From assembly GCA_963817385.1 (NCBI GenBank), contig CAWFOM010000010.1, forward strand, positions 96,001 to 160,000: DNA of 64,000 nucleotides, in the 5' to 3' direction. The position numbers and the translations under genes were made by a program. This DNA is from an uncultured delta proteobacterium. GTDB taxonomy: Bacteria > Desulfobacterota > Syntrophia > Syntrophales > UBA5619. Positions 1-10,331 of the stretch are shown in pieces (positions within the stretch are counted from its first letter, which is position 1; every line of letters begins with the position of its first letter). The notes beneath the pieces are model-generated. The model did no database searches, had not been told where the DNA came from, and saw only the letters and a list, made by a program, of their open reading frames with translations.

Positions 1-235
1 GATCAGAACCATCGCCTCATCCGAGGGTATCATCATCCAGGCAAGCCCGTTGGGAAAACGGAAAACCCTCTGTCAGATATTCGCCGTCTCGGCACTGATG
101 ATCCATTACCCCTTCCTCGGTGCCGACGCCCATCTCGTCGGTATGGTGATTCTCTCCATCGCCCTGATCCTGACGATCATTTCCGGGGCCGAATATCTCG
201 TTAAGTTTTACCGGACGAGCATCGGAAAAAATTAA
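1..235 (+). CDS. pgsA: CDP-diacylglycerol--glycerol-3-phosphate 3-phosphatidyltransferase, 3' part (truncated by window start)
   Basis: Frame from nt 2 reads IRTIASSEGIIIQASPLGKRKTLCQ followed by hydrophobic helices, typical of the PgsA C-terminal half; lies upstream of tRNA-Gly/Cys as in many proteobacteria. Confidence 0.8.
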   Translation, partial: IRTIASSEGIIIQASPLGKRKTLCQIFAVSALMIHYPFLGADAHLVGMVILSIALILTIISGAEYLVKFYRTSIGKN

Positions 236-264
236 TACAGATTCCGGGGAAAGCGGGATGAGAG

Positions 265-1068
265 ATGATCGATCCATCCACGGTAGACTATTCACCCTTT
301 GATAAACCGGAAATATGCCGGCGTCTGTTTTATCCCCGGCGCGAATCAAATCTGGGGAAAGGAGATGGCGCCGAACGCCTCATGATTCCCGTGGCTCAGG
401 ATGTGGCGGTGGGCGGCCTGTTTCACGAGTCGGGGAGGGAGGCCCCTACCATCCTCTTTTTTCACGGAAACGGGGAGATTGTCAGCGACTATGACGATGT
501 CGGGACCATGTACCGCCGGTTGGGAATCAATTTTCTCCCGGTCGATTACCGTGGGTACGGATTCTCTTCGGGCAAGCCAACCGTCACGGCGATGATGGGC
601 GACAGCCACCGGATTTTTCATTTTGTCGCCTCATGGCTCGTTGAACGGGAGTTTTCAGGTCCGATTGTGCTCATGGGGCGCTCCCTCGGAAGCGCCTCCG
701 CAGTGGAGATCGCATTCCATTACGGGGAAGGGATTGCAGGTCTGATTATTGAAAGCGGCTTCGCCCGCATCCTCCCTTTGTTGAACCTGCTCGGCATCTA
801 TGATCCTGGCCTCACCGAAGCGTCGGGACCACAGAATCTGGAAAAGATCAAACGGGTACAAAGACCGACGCTCATTATCCATGCTGAGAACGACCACATC
901 ATCCCCTTAGCCGAGGGGGAAGACCTCTATACAGCTTCAGGCGCTACCGAGAAGAACATCGTTCGCATTCCGGGCGCCGACCACAATGATATCTTCTTTC
1001 AGGGGATGAAACCCTATCTGAGGGCGATTGGCAAGTTTGTTGAAATCGTTACGATACCGAGATTTTGA
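265..1068 (+). CDS. alpha/beta hydrolase (ABHD17/Bem46-like)
   Basis: FHGNGE, DYRGYG, nucleophile GRSLGS, IHAENDHI (Asp), GADHND (His). Confidence 0.85.
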   Translation: MIDPSTVDYSPFDKPEICRRLFYPRRESNLGKGDGAERLMIPVAQDVAVGGLFHESGREAPTILFFHGNGEIVSDYDDVGTMYRRLGINFLPVDYRGYGFSSGKPTVTAMMGDSHRIFHFVASWLVEREFSGPIVLMGRSLGSASAVEIAFHYGEGIAGLIIESGFARILPLLNLLGIYDPGLTEASGPQNLEKIKRVQRPTLIIHAENDHIIPLAEGEDLYTASGATEKNIVRIPGADHNDIFFQGMKPYLRAIGKFVEIVTIPRF

Positions 1069-1096
1069 AGGGAAGCGGGGATTGGCAAGTTTTTTA

Positions 1097-1124
1097 TTGA
1101 CAAAAGGATTGTATTTGTTATAGT
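1097..1124 (+). promoter_or_regulatory. sigma70 promoter for tRNA-Gly/Cys
   Basis: TTGACA-N16-TATAGT with TGn extension and a GC-rich discriminator (CACGCCCC). Confidence 0.7.
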
Positions 1125-1144
1125 CACGCCCCATCACACCATGA

Positions 1145-1219
1145 GCGGGCGTAACTCAGTGGTAGAGTGCCACCTTGCCAAGGTGGACGTCGACGGTTCA
1201 AATCCGTTCGCCCGCTCCA
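1145..1219 (+). tRNA. tRNA-Gly(GCC)
   Basis: Cloverleaf GCGGGCG/CGCCCGC, anticodon arm CCACC-TTGCCAA-GGTGG, TTCAAAT T-loop, encoded CCA. Confidence 0.97.
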
Positions 1220-1232
1220 TTTTTCCTCAAAG

Positions 1233-1308
1233 GGCGGCATAGCCAAGTGGCTAAGGCAGCGGTCTGCAAAACCGTTATTCCCCGGTTCAAGTCCGGGTGC
1301 CGCCTCCA
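1233..1308 (+). tRNA. tRNA-Cys(GCA)
   Basis: GGCGGCA/TGCCGCC acceptor stem, anticodon loop CTGCAAA, GGTTCAAGTCC, CCA. Confidence 0.97.
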
Positions 1309-1313
1309 ACTAT

Positions 1314-1352
1314 GAAAGGGGTCAGAGCTGCCGAGCTTGCCCCTTTTCTTTT
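1314..1352 (+). terminator. intrinsic terminator after tRNAs
   Basis: GAAAGGGG...CCCCTTTTC hairpin followed by a T tract. Confidence 0.6.
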
Positions 1353-1549
1353 ACGATCTTCCTGCTCTGCCGAGAAAGTCAAATTCTTCTGCGTTAATCC
1401 GGGGCAAAACAGGGAAGTTCCGCTGCGATTTCTTTCGGAATTGACTTTTAGTTAACCTGTGTTAATCTGCCGTCGAATTATGTGAGAGGAATTGGTGCGG
1501 ATATGAAGATGAAATGAACTTTTGTGGAGACCGTTACCAGGAGGGGCTT

Positions 1550-3061
1550 GTGAAGATTCAGGTGAGAAAAGGAAGCCTTGCGGAGATCCCGACGCAGGCG
1601 GCAATCGTAACCCGTTTCGAAGACGACGCACGTCTGGGCGGCGCGGCGGCAAAACTGGACAAGATGAGCGGGGGCTTGATCGGAGAAGTCATCGGCCAAG
1701 GAGACTTTACGGGCCGTCTGAATCGTCTCAGTGTGATCTATACGAGGGGGAGCATCCAGGCAAAGAGGATAGTCATCGTCGGATTGGGGAAGAGAGTGGA
1801 TTTCTCCTTGGAGAGATTGCGGGGGGCTTATGCCGCGGCGGCGCAGCATATCAGATCCCTCAACGTCAGCGAAATGTCCACCACTCTTGATTTCGGAACG
1901 GTGATCCCGCCGCTTGACCACATGGCCGAGGCTGTTGTGGAAGGAGTGATCCTCGGACTCTATCAGTTCACCCCCTTCAAGACCATCGATCGCGAGAATA
2001 TCCGTGAGATCTCCGAGTTTACGATCCTGGATACGGATGAAGCCTCCGTCAAGGTTATCAGGACGGCGGTCAAAACCGCAGAGATCATCGCCGGTGCGGT
2101 TGCATTTGCGAGAGATATCGTATCCACACCTGCCAATGAGATGACGCCAACCGATCTCGCAAACGAGGCAAGGGAGAGTGCCCGAGGAAAGAACATCCAG
2201 TGTAAAATTCTTGAAGCCGAGGAGATCCGCACCCTCGGGATGAATGCCCTGCTCGGCGTCGCTGCCGGCAGCGATCAGCCGCCGAAATTGATCATCTTGG
2301 AGTACCGGGGAGGGAAGAAATCTTCACCGGTCATCGCGCTGGTCGGCAAAGGTCTTACCTTCGACAGCGGCGGCATATCGATCAAACCGTCTGAAAAAAT
2401 GGACCAGATGAAGTCTGACATGGCAGGCGGGGCAGCGGTCATTGCAGCCATCCGCGCTGCCGCGGAGCTCGGCCTGCCGGTGAATCTGGTAGGCATCGTA
2501 CCTGCCACCGAGAATCTTCCCGGCGGAAAGGCCTACAAACCGGGCGATATTCTCAAGACTCTCTCCGGACAAACGGTCGAGGTCGTTACGACCGATGCCG
2601 AAGGCCGACTTATCCTTGCGGATGCTCTGACGTATGCCGGTCGATACAAGCCGGCTGCCATCATAGATCTGGCCACTCTCACGGGGGCCTGTATCATAGC
2701 CCTGGGTGATCATGTCATCGGCATGATGGGCACGGATGACGAACTGAAGCGGGAAATCCGGGAGGCTGCAGATCTCACCGGTGAGAGGGTGTGGGAACTG
2801 CCGCTATGGGAAGAGTATACAGAACTGATCAAGGGCGATGCAGCAGATTACAAGAATTCCGGAGGACGGGCCGGAGGGGCCATCACGGCCGGCGCCTTCC
2901 TGGAGAAATTTACCGGCGGTTACCCCTGGGTGCATCTGGACATCGCCGGCCCGGCATGGTTGACGAAGGAAAGGCCATACATTCCCAAGGGCGCATCGGG
3001 TGTGGGGGTTCGCCTCCTGGTCCGGTTTCTGAGAAACTGGTACAAAGAGGGAAAGATGTGA
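1550..3061 (+). CDS. pepA: leucyl aminopeptidase (M17)
   Basis: [33 protein letters not shown] motifs; GTG start after AGGAGG. Confidence 0.95.
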   Translation: MKIQVRKGSLAEIPTQAAIVTRFEDDARLGGAAAKLDKMSGGLIGEVIGQGDFTGRLNRLSVIYTRGSIQAKRIVIVGLGKRVDFSLERLRGAYAAAAQHIRSLNVSEMSTTLDFGTVIPPLDHMAEAVVEGVILGLYQFTPFKTIDRENIREISEFTILDTDEASVKVIRTAVKTAEIIAGAVAFARDIVSTPANEMTPTDLANEARESARGKNIQCKILEAEEIRTLGMNALLGVAAGSDQPPKLIILEYRGGKKSSPVIALVGKGLTFDSGGISIKPSEKMDQMKSDMAGGAAVIAAIRAAAELGLPVNLVGIVPATENLPGGKAYKPGDILKTLSGQTVEVVTTDAEGRLILADALTYAGRYKPAAIIDLATLTGACIIALGDHVIGMMGTDDELKREIREAADLTGERVWELPLWEEYTELIKGDAADYKNSGGRAGGAITAGAFLEKFTGGYPWVHLDIAGPAWLTKERPYIPKGASGVGVRLLVRFLRNWYKEGKM

Positions 3062-3071
3062 CCGAGCTGAG

Positions 3072-4070
3072 ATGACTGCCGCCGGGACGAGCACAATTTT
3101 TGAAGTCAAAGATCTCCGGACCCATTTTGAAACGGAACGGGGAGTAGTCAGGGCCGTGGATGGGGTCGACATCACGGTCGGACCGGGCCAGACACTCGGT
3201 GTAGTCGGCGAATCGGGTTGTGGGAAGACCGTTCTTGCTCTTTCCATCCTGAGGCTCGTTCCATCGCCCCCGGGACGGATCGTCGGGGGAAGCGTCATGC
3301 TGGATGGTCGAGATCTTCTTGCTCTTTCAGAGGAAGAAATGCGTCGTGTCCGGGGGAAGGAAGTCTCGATGATCTTTCAGGAACCGATGACCTCCCTCAA
3401 TCCTGTCTTCCGGATCGGAGAGCAGATAGCCGAGGCGATCCGGTTGCATCAGGGGCTCGGTCGCCATGAGGCCATTGCTCACAGTGTGGAAATGCTCCGG
3501 AAGGTAGGTATACCCTCTCCCGAAACGAGGGCGAAAGATTATCCCCACCAGATGAGCGGCGGCATGCGTCAACGGGTGATGATAGCCATTGCCATGGCTT
3601 GCCGGCCGCGGATCATGTTGGCGGATGAGCCGACGACTGCTCTTGATGTCACCATCCAGGCGCAGATGATCGATCTTATCGGACGGCTTCAATCGGAAAC
3701 GGGAACATCACTTGTTCTGATCACCCACGATCTCGGCGTGATTGCCGAAGTGGCTCAGGATGTAGCCGTGATGTATGCCGGACAGATCGTCGAGCGCAGT
3801 CGCACTCGGGAGCTCTTTTCCAATCCCCTCCATCCGTATACCATTGGGTTGATGGGATCCATCCCCCGGATGGATGGGCCGGCGGGACGGGGGACATTTC
3901 TGAGAGCCATCCGCGGCACGGTTCCGCCGCTCTATAATCTCCCCGAAGGGTGTCGGTTTCAGGACCGTTGTCCGGATGTCTTTTCACTCTGCGGCAGGGA
4001 ACCGGTCCTGGATGAAAACTCACCGGGACATGCCGTGCGCTGCTGGAAATATGGTAATTGTGATGAATGA
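3072..4070 (+). CDS. oppD: oligopeptide/dipeptide ABC transporter ATPase (OppD/DppD-like)
   Basis: [28 protein letters not shown] and a C-terminal Cys cluster. Confidence 0.9.
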   Translation: MTAAGTSTIFEVKDLRTHFETERGVVRAVDGVDITVGPGQTLGVVGESGCGKTVLALSILRLVPSPPGRIVGGSVMLDGRDLLALSEEEMRRVRGKEVSMIFQEPMTSLNPVFRIGEQIAEAIRLHQGLGRHEAIAHSVEMLRKVGIPSPETRAKDYPHQMSGGMRQRVMIAIAMACRPRIMLADEPTTALDVTIQAQMIDLIGRLQSETGTSLVLITHDLGVIAEVAQDVAVMYAGQIVERSRTRELFSNPLHPYTIGLMGSIPRMDGPAGRGTFLRAIRGTVPPLYNLPEGCRFQDRCPDVFSLCGREPVLDENSPGHAVRCWKYGNCDE

Positions 4071-5046
4071 CATCCTGCTCGAAATCCGTGGCTTGAAGAA
4101 GCATTTCATTGCGCCGAAACGATTCCTATCTGGTGGAGGCGGTGTAGTCCGCGCGGTGGACGATGTCGATCTGCAAATCCATCGTGGTGAAACCTTGGGA
4201 TTGGTGGGAGAGTCGGGCTGTGGTAAGACAACCCTTGGCCGCCTTCTCATGCGCCTGGAAGAGCCGACGGCAGGATCGATCCTCTTTGAAGGCGCGGACG
4301 TCCTGTCACGGAAGGGAAGAGGGTTGAAAGGATATAGACGTGAGGTCCAGATGATCTTTCAGGACCCTTACTCCTCATTGAATCCGAGAAAGACTGCCGG
4401 CGGCATCATCGGAGAACCTCTTAGAATCCATCACCCGGAATGGCGGGAGAAACGAAAGAGAAAGATGAAAGAACTCCTGGCAGTCGTCGGCCTGGATGAG
4501 GAGCAACTGACACGGTATCCTCATGAATTCAGCGGCGGTCAAAGACAGCGGATCGGCATTGCCCGGGCTCTCATTTTGAACCCCCGTCTTATTATCGCCG
4601 ATGAGCCCGTTTCGGCCCTCGATGTATCCATTCAGGCCCAGATCCTCAATCTCATGAAGCGACTGCAGCAGGAGTTCTCCCTGACCTATCTGTTCATTAC
4701 CCATGATCTTGGAGTCGTCCGTCATATGAGCGATCGGATTGCCGTCATGTATCTTGGGAAGATCATTGAGCTGGGTACCGGAGAAGCGATATGCGGAAAC
4801 CCAGCGCATCCGTACACACGAGCTCTCATCTCCTCTGTGCCGGTCATCGATCCGTTAAGAAAGAAATCACGGATGATCCTGGACGGTGAGATGTCGTCGC
4901 CCGCGGCACCGCCATCCGGATGCGCCTTCCACCCGCGATGCCCCTTCCAGATCGCGAAATGCGATCGAGAGGAACCAGTCTTGGAAGATCGCGGTTCCCG
5001 CCATTGGGTCGCTTGCCACCGTCAGGATTTATCAGGGATGGAGTGA
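4063..5046 (+). CDS. oppF: oligopeptide/dipeptide ABC transporter ATPase (OppF/DppF-like)
   Basis: [43 protein letters not shown] overlaps the upstream stop. Confidence 0.9.
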   Translation: MNDILLEIRGLKKHFIAPKRFLSGGGGVVRAVDDVDLQIHRGETLGLVGESGCGKTTLGRLLMRLEEPTAGSILFEGADVLSRKGRGLKGYRREVQMIFQDPYSSLNPRKTAGGIIGEPLRIHHPEWREKRKRKMKELLAVVGLDEEQLTRYPHEFSGGQRQRIGIARALILNPRLIIADEPVSALDVSIQAQILNLMKRLQQEFSLTYLFITHDLGVVRHMSDRIAVMYLGKIIELGTGEAICGNPAHPYTRALISSVPVIDPLRKKSRMILDGEMSSPAAPPSGCAFHPRCPFQIAKCDREEPVLEDRGSRHWVACHRQDLSGME

Positions 5047-5335
5047 TTCAAGTGCGGCAATAAAAAAAGTTATACCTATGATAAAAAATACTTGCATTTT
5101 CAAAATTTCGATGTTACGGAAACGCATCCGCCTTGATTGTCTTACGTATATTGTGTTATCGGATCATGTCAAATGACTTAGAACGGCGGGATAGGGAACA
5201 GTTTGGTATTCATATATTGTCAGATCAACGAGCCACCACCGGTTCAGGAGCCGATCCTGAGAAGCGGTGGTTTTTTTTATTGAAGCGGGATGCAAGGCAT
5301 GCCGGGAAAAATCTAGGAAAGGGGGGTGCAAAGCT

Positions 5336-5536
5336 TTGGCAGAAGGTAAAGTAAAGTGGTTTAATGAGAAAAAAGGGTTTGGCTTCATCGAGAATGATGA
5401 AGGCGGAGATGTATTTGTTCACTTCAGTGCCATTCAAGGCGAAGGATTCAAGACATTGTATGAAGGTCAGAGAATTCGCTTTGACATCGAGCAAGGCAAA
5501 AAGGGACCTGCCGCAGTGAACGTACAGCCATTATAA
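5336..5536 (+). CDS. cold-shock protein (CSD), 66 aa
   Basis: TTG start; [15 protein letters not shown] (RNP1), DVFVHFSAI (RNP2). Confidence 0.95.
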   Translation: MAEGKVKWFNEKKGFGFIENDEGGDVFVHFSAIQGEGFKTLYEGQRIRFDIEQGKKGPAAVNVQPL

Positions 5537-5557
5537 AAGAAACCTCTTCACCTGCGG

Positions 5558-5595
5558 ATGCCCTGGTTGCCGATGGCAGCCGGGGCATTTTATTT
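5558..5595 (+). terminator. intrinsic terminator after csp
   Basis: ATGCCCTGGTTGCC-GAT-GGCAGCCGGGGCAT then TTTATTT. Confidence 0.75.
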
Positions 5596-5711
5596 GCCGA
5601 AAGATCGTACTCGGGGACTGTAGGCCCCGCTTTGCATCATCAGTAGATCGCGCTTAGTCAACAGCGAAGAGCGTCTCTCCGAACAGGCGTTGCAGGCCAT
5701 TTTATGACAAT

Positions 5712-5826
5712 TGAAGCTCTTTGCAGAAAGCAGGTAGGAATCTTCGCTCTTGGAGGAACAGGCCATCGCGTTTTCAATTGCTTACCCCGCATCAAACCGC
5801 GGGGAATGTGCCCGCTATTGGATTCA
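5712..5826. repeat. diverged ~115-bp intergenic repeat (MITE/REP-like), copy 1
   Basis: TGAA...TTCA ends, internal CCCCGC-ATCAAACC-GCGGGG hairpin; collinear blocks shared with 33006-33090 + 34416-34442. Confidence 0.55.
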
Positions 5827-5867
5827 TGGATGAGGGAAGGATTGAAGCCGTGATTGATGATGAGGTA

Positions 5868-6797
5868 ATGCGAAGATTCAAGGAATGCTACAATCTTCTG
5901 GTTATCCTGGGACCTACCGCCTCGGGAAAAACGGGATTGGCCGTGCGTCTCGCCAGAAGGATCGGTGGCGAAATCATCTCCGCGGATTCCCGCCAGGTTT
6001 ACCGGGGAATGGATCTGGGGACCGGGAAAGACCTTACCGAATATGACCGGGGAGGGACTGTTGTTCCCTACCACTTGATCGACATACTAAATCCGGATGA
6101 AGAGTTCAGCGTATTTGCCTACCAGCAGTATTTTGACAGGTATTTTCAGGAGATCACGGAACGCGCACGGATCCCGGTCATGGTGGGAGGAACAGGTCTT
6201 TATCTGGACGCGGTGATTCGCGGTTACCGGATGCCAGCAGTCCCTGAAAATCTTGAGCTTCGTGAAGAACTCGCAGGGGAGGAAATGGAATCCCTCCGCC
6301 GGAGATTGCTGGAGAGCTCCGGTGATATTCACAATAGCACGGATCTTTTCGATCGAAAGAGACTCATCCGGGCAATTGAGATTGCCTTCTTCACCAGGGA
6401 TCACCCGAATGACATCCGGACACGAACACCCATCTATCCTCTGGTCTTGGGGGTCCGCTGTGAGAGGGGTGTGCTGCGCCGAAAGATCACCGAGCGTCTC
6501 GCCTCCAGACTGGATGAAGGCATGATCGAAGAGGTAAGTCGGCTCCATCAACAGGGGCTCAACTGGGAGAGGATCGATTCCTTCGGCCTGGAATACCGCT
6601 ACATCGCTCGTTATCTCCAGGGGAGAATGGGTAGTGAAGAGATGTTTCAGAAGCTCAACACGAGCATCCACCAGTACGCAAAACGGCAGGAAACCTGGTT
6701 CAGACGGATGGAGAAGAACGGTGTCAAAATATGTTGGATCGATGGGGTAGACGATGATCATGCAATTGCACTGATAGCCCGTCTGACGGAGCGATGA
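5868..6797 (+). CDS. miaA: tRNA dimethylallyltransferase (MiaA family, DLGTGKD-type variant)
   Basis: GPTASGKT, ISADSRQVYRGMD, VGGTGLY, YAKRQETW; start uncertain (5826 or 5868). Confidence 0.9.
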   Translation: MRRFKECYNLLVILGPTASGKTGLAVRLARRIGGEIISADSRQVYRGMDLGTGKDLTEYDRGGTVVPYHLIDILNPDEEFSVFAYQQYFDRYFQEITERARIPVMVGGTGLYLDAVIRGYRMPAVPENLELREELAGEEMESLRRRLLESSGDIHNSTDLFDRKRLIRAIEIAFFTRDHPNDIRTRTPIYPLVLGVRCERGVLRRKITERLASRLDEGMIEEVSRLHQQGLNWERIDSFGLEYRYIARYLQGRMGSEEMFQKLNTSIHQYAKRQETWFRRMEKNGVKICWIDGVDDDHAIALIARLTER

Positions 6798-8158
6798 AAC
6801 CGAGGACCGAAAAATACCTCCGGAATTATGCGGTCACCCCGGCACGACCCCTTGTTGCGTCATCGGAGGAGGGTATTGAGCAGGCGGTCGTGATCCCCAC
6901 CCTGGCGGAAAAGTCTTCCCTCTTTCGCACGCTTGCCAGTTTGGCCAGGAATCCCTCGCATGACCTTCGCCGTACGCTCGTCGTCTGCGTCGTGAACAAC
7001 CACCGGCCGAATATCGCCGCGGAAGCGGAAATTTGTGATAACCAGGCGACCCTTCACCTGCTCAAAGCTCTCGTTTTCGGAAAGCTGGCTCTTCTGCCCT
7101 ATCATCACTGCGAGATGCGGGATGACCTGCAACAGATCGCCGGGAGTGATCTGCGTCTGGCTTTTGTAGACGCCTCTTCCCCCGGCAGGGAGATTCCGGA
7201 TTGCGACGGAGGGGTGGGGACGGCGAGGAAGATCGGGATGGATGCGGTCCTGAGGATCATCGATCGGGCTGGGATGGAGAAGGGGGTGATTTGCTGCCTC
7301 GATGCCGACACGCTGGTGCAGGAGACGTACTTGCCCGCGATTTGCGCGCATTTTCGTGAGACCGGCTCCTCTGCGGCCGTAGCGGCATATGCCCATCAAA
7401 AGCCCGCTGATCCGGAGCTGCTGGCGGCAATCTGCTGCTATGAAATATTCCTTCGATCCTATGTGATCGGCCTCTCATACGCCCGTTCCCCTTATGCCTT
7501 TCATGCCATCGGTTCGACAATCACGTGTACGACTGATGGATATGTGGATGTTCGAGGGATGAACCGGCGGACTGCGGCGGAGGATTTTTACTTCCTCGAC
7601 AAGCTTGCCAAGATGGGAAAAATCGGAGTGATCACCGAAACGACCGTATTCCCGTCGTCCCGTATCTCGGGGAGGGTGCCCTTCGGCACAGGACGGCGGA
7701 TGCTCCGGCACATGGCCGGGGGAACAGACGAATATCGCCTTTATGATCCCCGGATCTTTGTGATTATCAGAGAGTGGCTCGCCGGGATGGAGGCCGATCC
7801 GGACAGAGATCCAAGAATAATCCTCGCTGACGCCCGCCGGATTCATCCCCATCTCGTCGAGTATCTCCGCCTGAGTCGCCTGGAGGCGGATTGGCAGAAC
7901 ATCAGGCGGAACTCTCATAATCCCCAGCACCTCCGCCTACAGTTCCATGTCTGGTTCGACGGATTAAAGACCTTGAGATTGGTTCGCTATCTCAGCCAAC
8001 GTGCCTTTCCGCTCGTCCCCATGTTCGATGGTTTGGCGGGACTGATCGATCTTATCGGAAGTCCTTTTTCTCTGGATGGATCTTCCCCAGGCGTTCCTGA
8101 ACTCGACGTCCAATTCAGGATACTGGAGACACTGCGGTCCTATTTTCCCCTTTCCTGA
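6794..8158 (+). CDS. GT-A fold / glycosyltransferase family 2-like protein
   Basis: AVVIP, GVGTARKIGMD, LDAD (DxD), AEDFYF; ATGA overlap with miaA. Confidence 0.7.
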   Translation: MKPRTEKYLRNYAVTPARPLVASSEEGIEQAVVIPTLAEKSSLFRTLASLARNPSHDLRRTLVVCVVNNHRPNIAAEAEICDNQATLHLLKALVFGKLALLPYHHCEMRDDLQQIAGSDLRLAFVDASSPGREIPDCDGGVGTARKIGMDAVLRIIDRAGMEKGVICCLDADTLVQETYLPAICAHFRETGSSAAVAAYAHQKPADPELLAAICCYEIFLRSYVIGLSYARSPYAFHAIGSTITCTTDGYVDVRGMNRRTAAEDFYFLDKLAKMGKIGVITETTVFPSSRISGRVPFGTGRRMLRHMAGGTDEYRLYDPRIFVIIREWLAGMEADPDRDPRIILADARRIHPHLVEYLRLSRLEADWQNIRRNSHNPQHLRLQFHVWFDGLKTLRLVRYLSQRAFPLVPMFDGLAGLIDLIGSPFSLDGSSPGVPELDVQFRILETLRSYFPLS

Positions 8159-8177
8159 AGATGGATCTCATTGCTCC

Positions 8178-8206
8178 TTGACGTCTGCACGTGTATTGCA
8201 TATAGT
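8178..8206 (+). promoter_or_regulatory. sigma70 promoter for the PPIase gene
   Basis: TTGACG-N17-TATAGT. Confidence 0.65.
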
Positions 8207-8301
8207 GCGCTGCCGTTCATGACAGGGAAGCTCTGCCAATACGGCCGAAAGGGATTATGCGGTGCAAAAACCGCCACTTGATAAAAAAGGGAGGAACAAT
8301 C

Positions 8302-9411
8302 GTGAGTAAAAAACTCAGTACGCACGTTCTCATTATGTCAGCCGTTATCTTCACAATTTTCATCGCTGTCGGTTGCGATTCTCAGGAAAAGAAAGCAATG
8401 ACTGCGGGAAAGCCCGTCATAGCGCCCGGCCCCGGGGGATCCGAGGCGCCGGCGGCTCCATTGTCAATGGCGCAAGCTGCTCCAGCAACGGGGGGACCGG
8501 CGCAGCCCGGCGTTGGCTCAGGCATCGCTGTTGAAGTCGATGGAGAAAAGCTGACGATGAGTCAGCTCGATGCGGATATCCAGAAACAGATGGAGATGAT
8601 CAAGGACAAGATTCCCGCGGAGAATCTCGAAAATGCCAAGGCGGAGATGAGAAGAGGTCTGATCGATGAGTTCGTCTCCCGCACGCTTCTCAATAGGGAA
8701 ATCAAGAAAAAGAAGATAACCGCCGACGACAAGGAGATAACGGAGATTCTTGATGCTCTGAAGGCTCAGCTGCCCGCCGGGATGACTCTGGATGAGCTGC
8801 AGAAGAAAAACAAGATAGATGCAGCGAAGATGCGGGAGGAGATCGTATTGAACATCCGGATGAACAAGCTGGTAATGGCTGAGCTGGGCGGCAAGGTTAA
8901 GATTACGGACAAGGAGATTGCCGATTTTTACAAACAAAACCAAGATAAATTCAAACAACCGGAGTCGGTTCATGCCCGGCACATCTTGGTGGCAAAGGCT
9001 CCGGAGGATACCGACAAGGTCAAAGCGGGGAAAAAGACCAAGGCCGAAGAACTGAGAAAGAAACTCGTTGACGGCGCCGATTTTGCCGACATGGCGGCAA
9101 AGAATTCCGACTGTCCGAGCAAGCAAAACGGAGGAGACCTCGGAACATTTTCCCGTGGTCAGATGGTTAAACCCTTTGAGGACGCGGCGTTTTCACAGCA
9201 GACCAATATGATCGGCCCCGTATTGGAAACGGATTTCGGTTTCCATATCATTCAGGTTCTCGAACACCGAAGCGCGCAGGTCGCGAAATTGGATGCTGCA
9301 ACAAAGAAACAGATCAGTGACTTCCTTGAGAAACAGAAACAGCAGGCAGCGTTCGAAGGACTGCTGAAGAGACTTAAAGCAGACGCGAATATCCTCGTCT
9401 ACGGGAAGTGA
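8302..9411 (+). CDS. PpiC-type peptidyl-prolyl isomerase lipoprotein (SurA/PrsA-like)
   Basis: Lipobox [33 protein letters not shown] start after GGAGG. Confidence 0.9.
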   Translation: MSKKLSTHVLIMSAVIFTIFIAVGCDSQEKKAMTAGKPVIAPGPGGSEAPAAPLSMAQAAPATGGPAQPGVGSGIAVEVDGEKLTMSQLDADIQKQMEMIKDKIPAENLENAKAEMRRGLIDEFVSRTLLNREIKKKKITADDKEITEILDALKAQLPAGMTLDELQKKNKIDAAKMREEIVLNIRMNKLVMAELGGKVKITDKEIADFYKQNQDKFKQPESVHARHILVAKAPEDTDKVKAGKKTKAEELRKKLVDGADFADMAAKNSDCPSKQNGGDLGTFSRGQMVKPFEDAAFSQQTNMIGPVLETDFGFHIIQVLEHRSAQVAKLDAATKKQISDFLEKQKQQAAFEGLLKRLKADANILVYGK

Positions 9412-9423
9412 AAGGAGAGGGGG

Positions 9424-10329
9424 ATGAGAAGCCGTACTGCCGGCCGTATCGGTGATCACCTCTGGTATCTGGGGCGGGAAGAATCAGGGATCTATCTCCT
9501 GGAGGGGAAGACCGATTCCCTCATCATCAGCGGTGGGATGAGCTACCTGGCGCCGCTCGTCGTGAGCCAGTTATGCGATTTCGGCATCGATGAAAAAAAG
9601 ATCAGGAAATTGCTCATCCTGCATGCCCATTTCGATCATGTCGGGCTGATACCCTTCTTCAAGCGCCGTTATCCGGATCTTGAGGTATATGCCTCCTCCC
9701 GGGCGTGGGAAATCCTGCAAATGCCGAAGGGGATAGAAACGATTAACCGATTCAGCCGTCTCATTGCCGAAAGAATGGGGTTGAACGGGTGGCTGGATGG
9801 GTACGATCTGGAATGGCGTGACGATGTCTCGGGAACGGCGATCTCCGAAGGGGCAACGATTGACCTCGGCGGCATGATCGTGCAGATTCTGGAAACCCCC
9901 GGCCATTCCTCATGCTCAATATCAGCATATGTTAATGAAATAAGAGCTCTATTTCCTTCTGATGGTGGCGGCATCCCATATGGGGAGATCATTCTCCCGT
10001 CGGGAAATTCAAACTTTACCCAATACCAACAGAGCCTGGAGAAGCTCAAGACCCTTACGGTGGATATCTTCTGTGCCGATCATTACGGGTATGTGACCGG
10101 ACGAGAGGCGGAAACCTACATCTGTCGGAGCATTGATGCAGCCAGAGAGAAACGGATGATGATCGAAGCGCTCTTCCGGCGGACTGGTTCCATCGAGAAA
10201 ACCGTGAATGAACTGCTCGAAGAGATTTACACCAGACACCCGGGCTATTTTCTGTCACCGGAGATCAGCGCCGGCGTCTATCGCCAGACGGTACGGCACA
10301 TCGCCGGGGCATTGGGAGAAAAAGCCTGA
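9424..10329 (+). CDS. metallo-beta-lactamase fold hydrolase
   Basis: HAHFDH, TPGHS, DHYG motifs. Confidence 0.85.
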   Translation: MRSRTAGRIGDHLWYLGREESGIYLLEGKTDSLIISGGMSYLAPLVVSQLCDFGIDEKKIRKLLILHAHFDHVGLIPFFKRRYPDLEVYASSRAWEILQMPKGIETINRFSRLIAERMGLNGWLDGYDLEWRDDVSGTAISEGATIDLGGMIVQILETPGHSSCSISAYVNEIRALFPSDGGGIPYGEIILPSGNSNFTQYQQSLEKLKTLTVDIFCADHYGYVTGREAETYICRSIDAAREKRMMIEALFRRTGSIEKTVNELLEEIYTRHPGYFLSPEISAGVYRQTVRHIAGALGEKA

Positions 10330-10331
10330 TA

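Noticed and set aside
1026..1092. 13-bp direct repeat GATTGGCAAGTTT at 1026 and 1080, just upstream of the tRNA promoter
   Set aside because: Only two copies, one inside a CDS; no integrase or array, and spacing does not fit a sigma54 -24/-12 promoter
1145..1352. tRNA genes as possible integration sites (also 19493-19768 and 25563-25802)
   Set aside because: I saw no integrase and no duplicated tRNA 3' end; housekeeping genes follow
8437..8520. Ala/Pro/Gly-rich stretch in the PPIase, and Pro/Thr/Glu-rich stretch in the MltD-like protein
   Set aside because: Ordinary flexible lipoprotein linkers, not nucleotide tandem repeats
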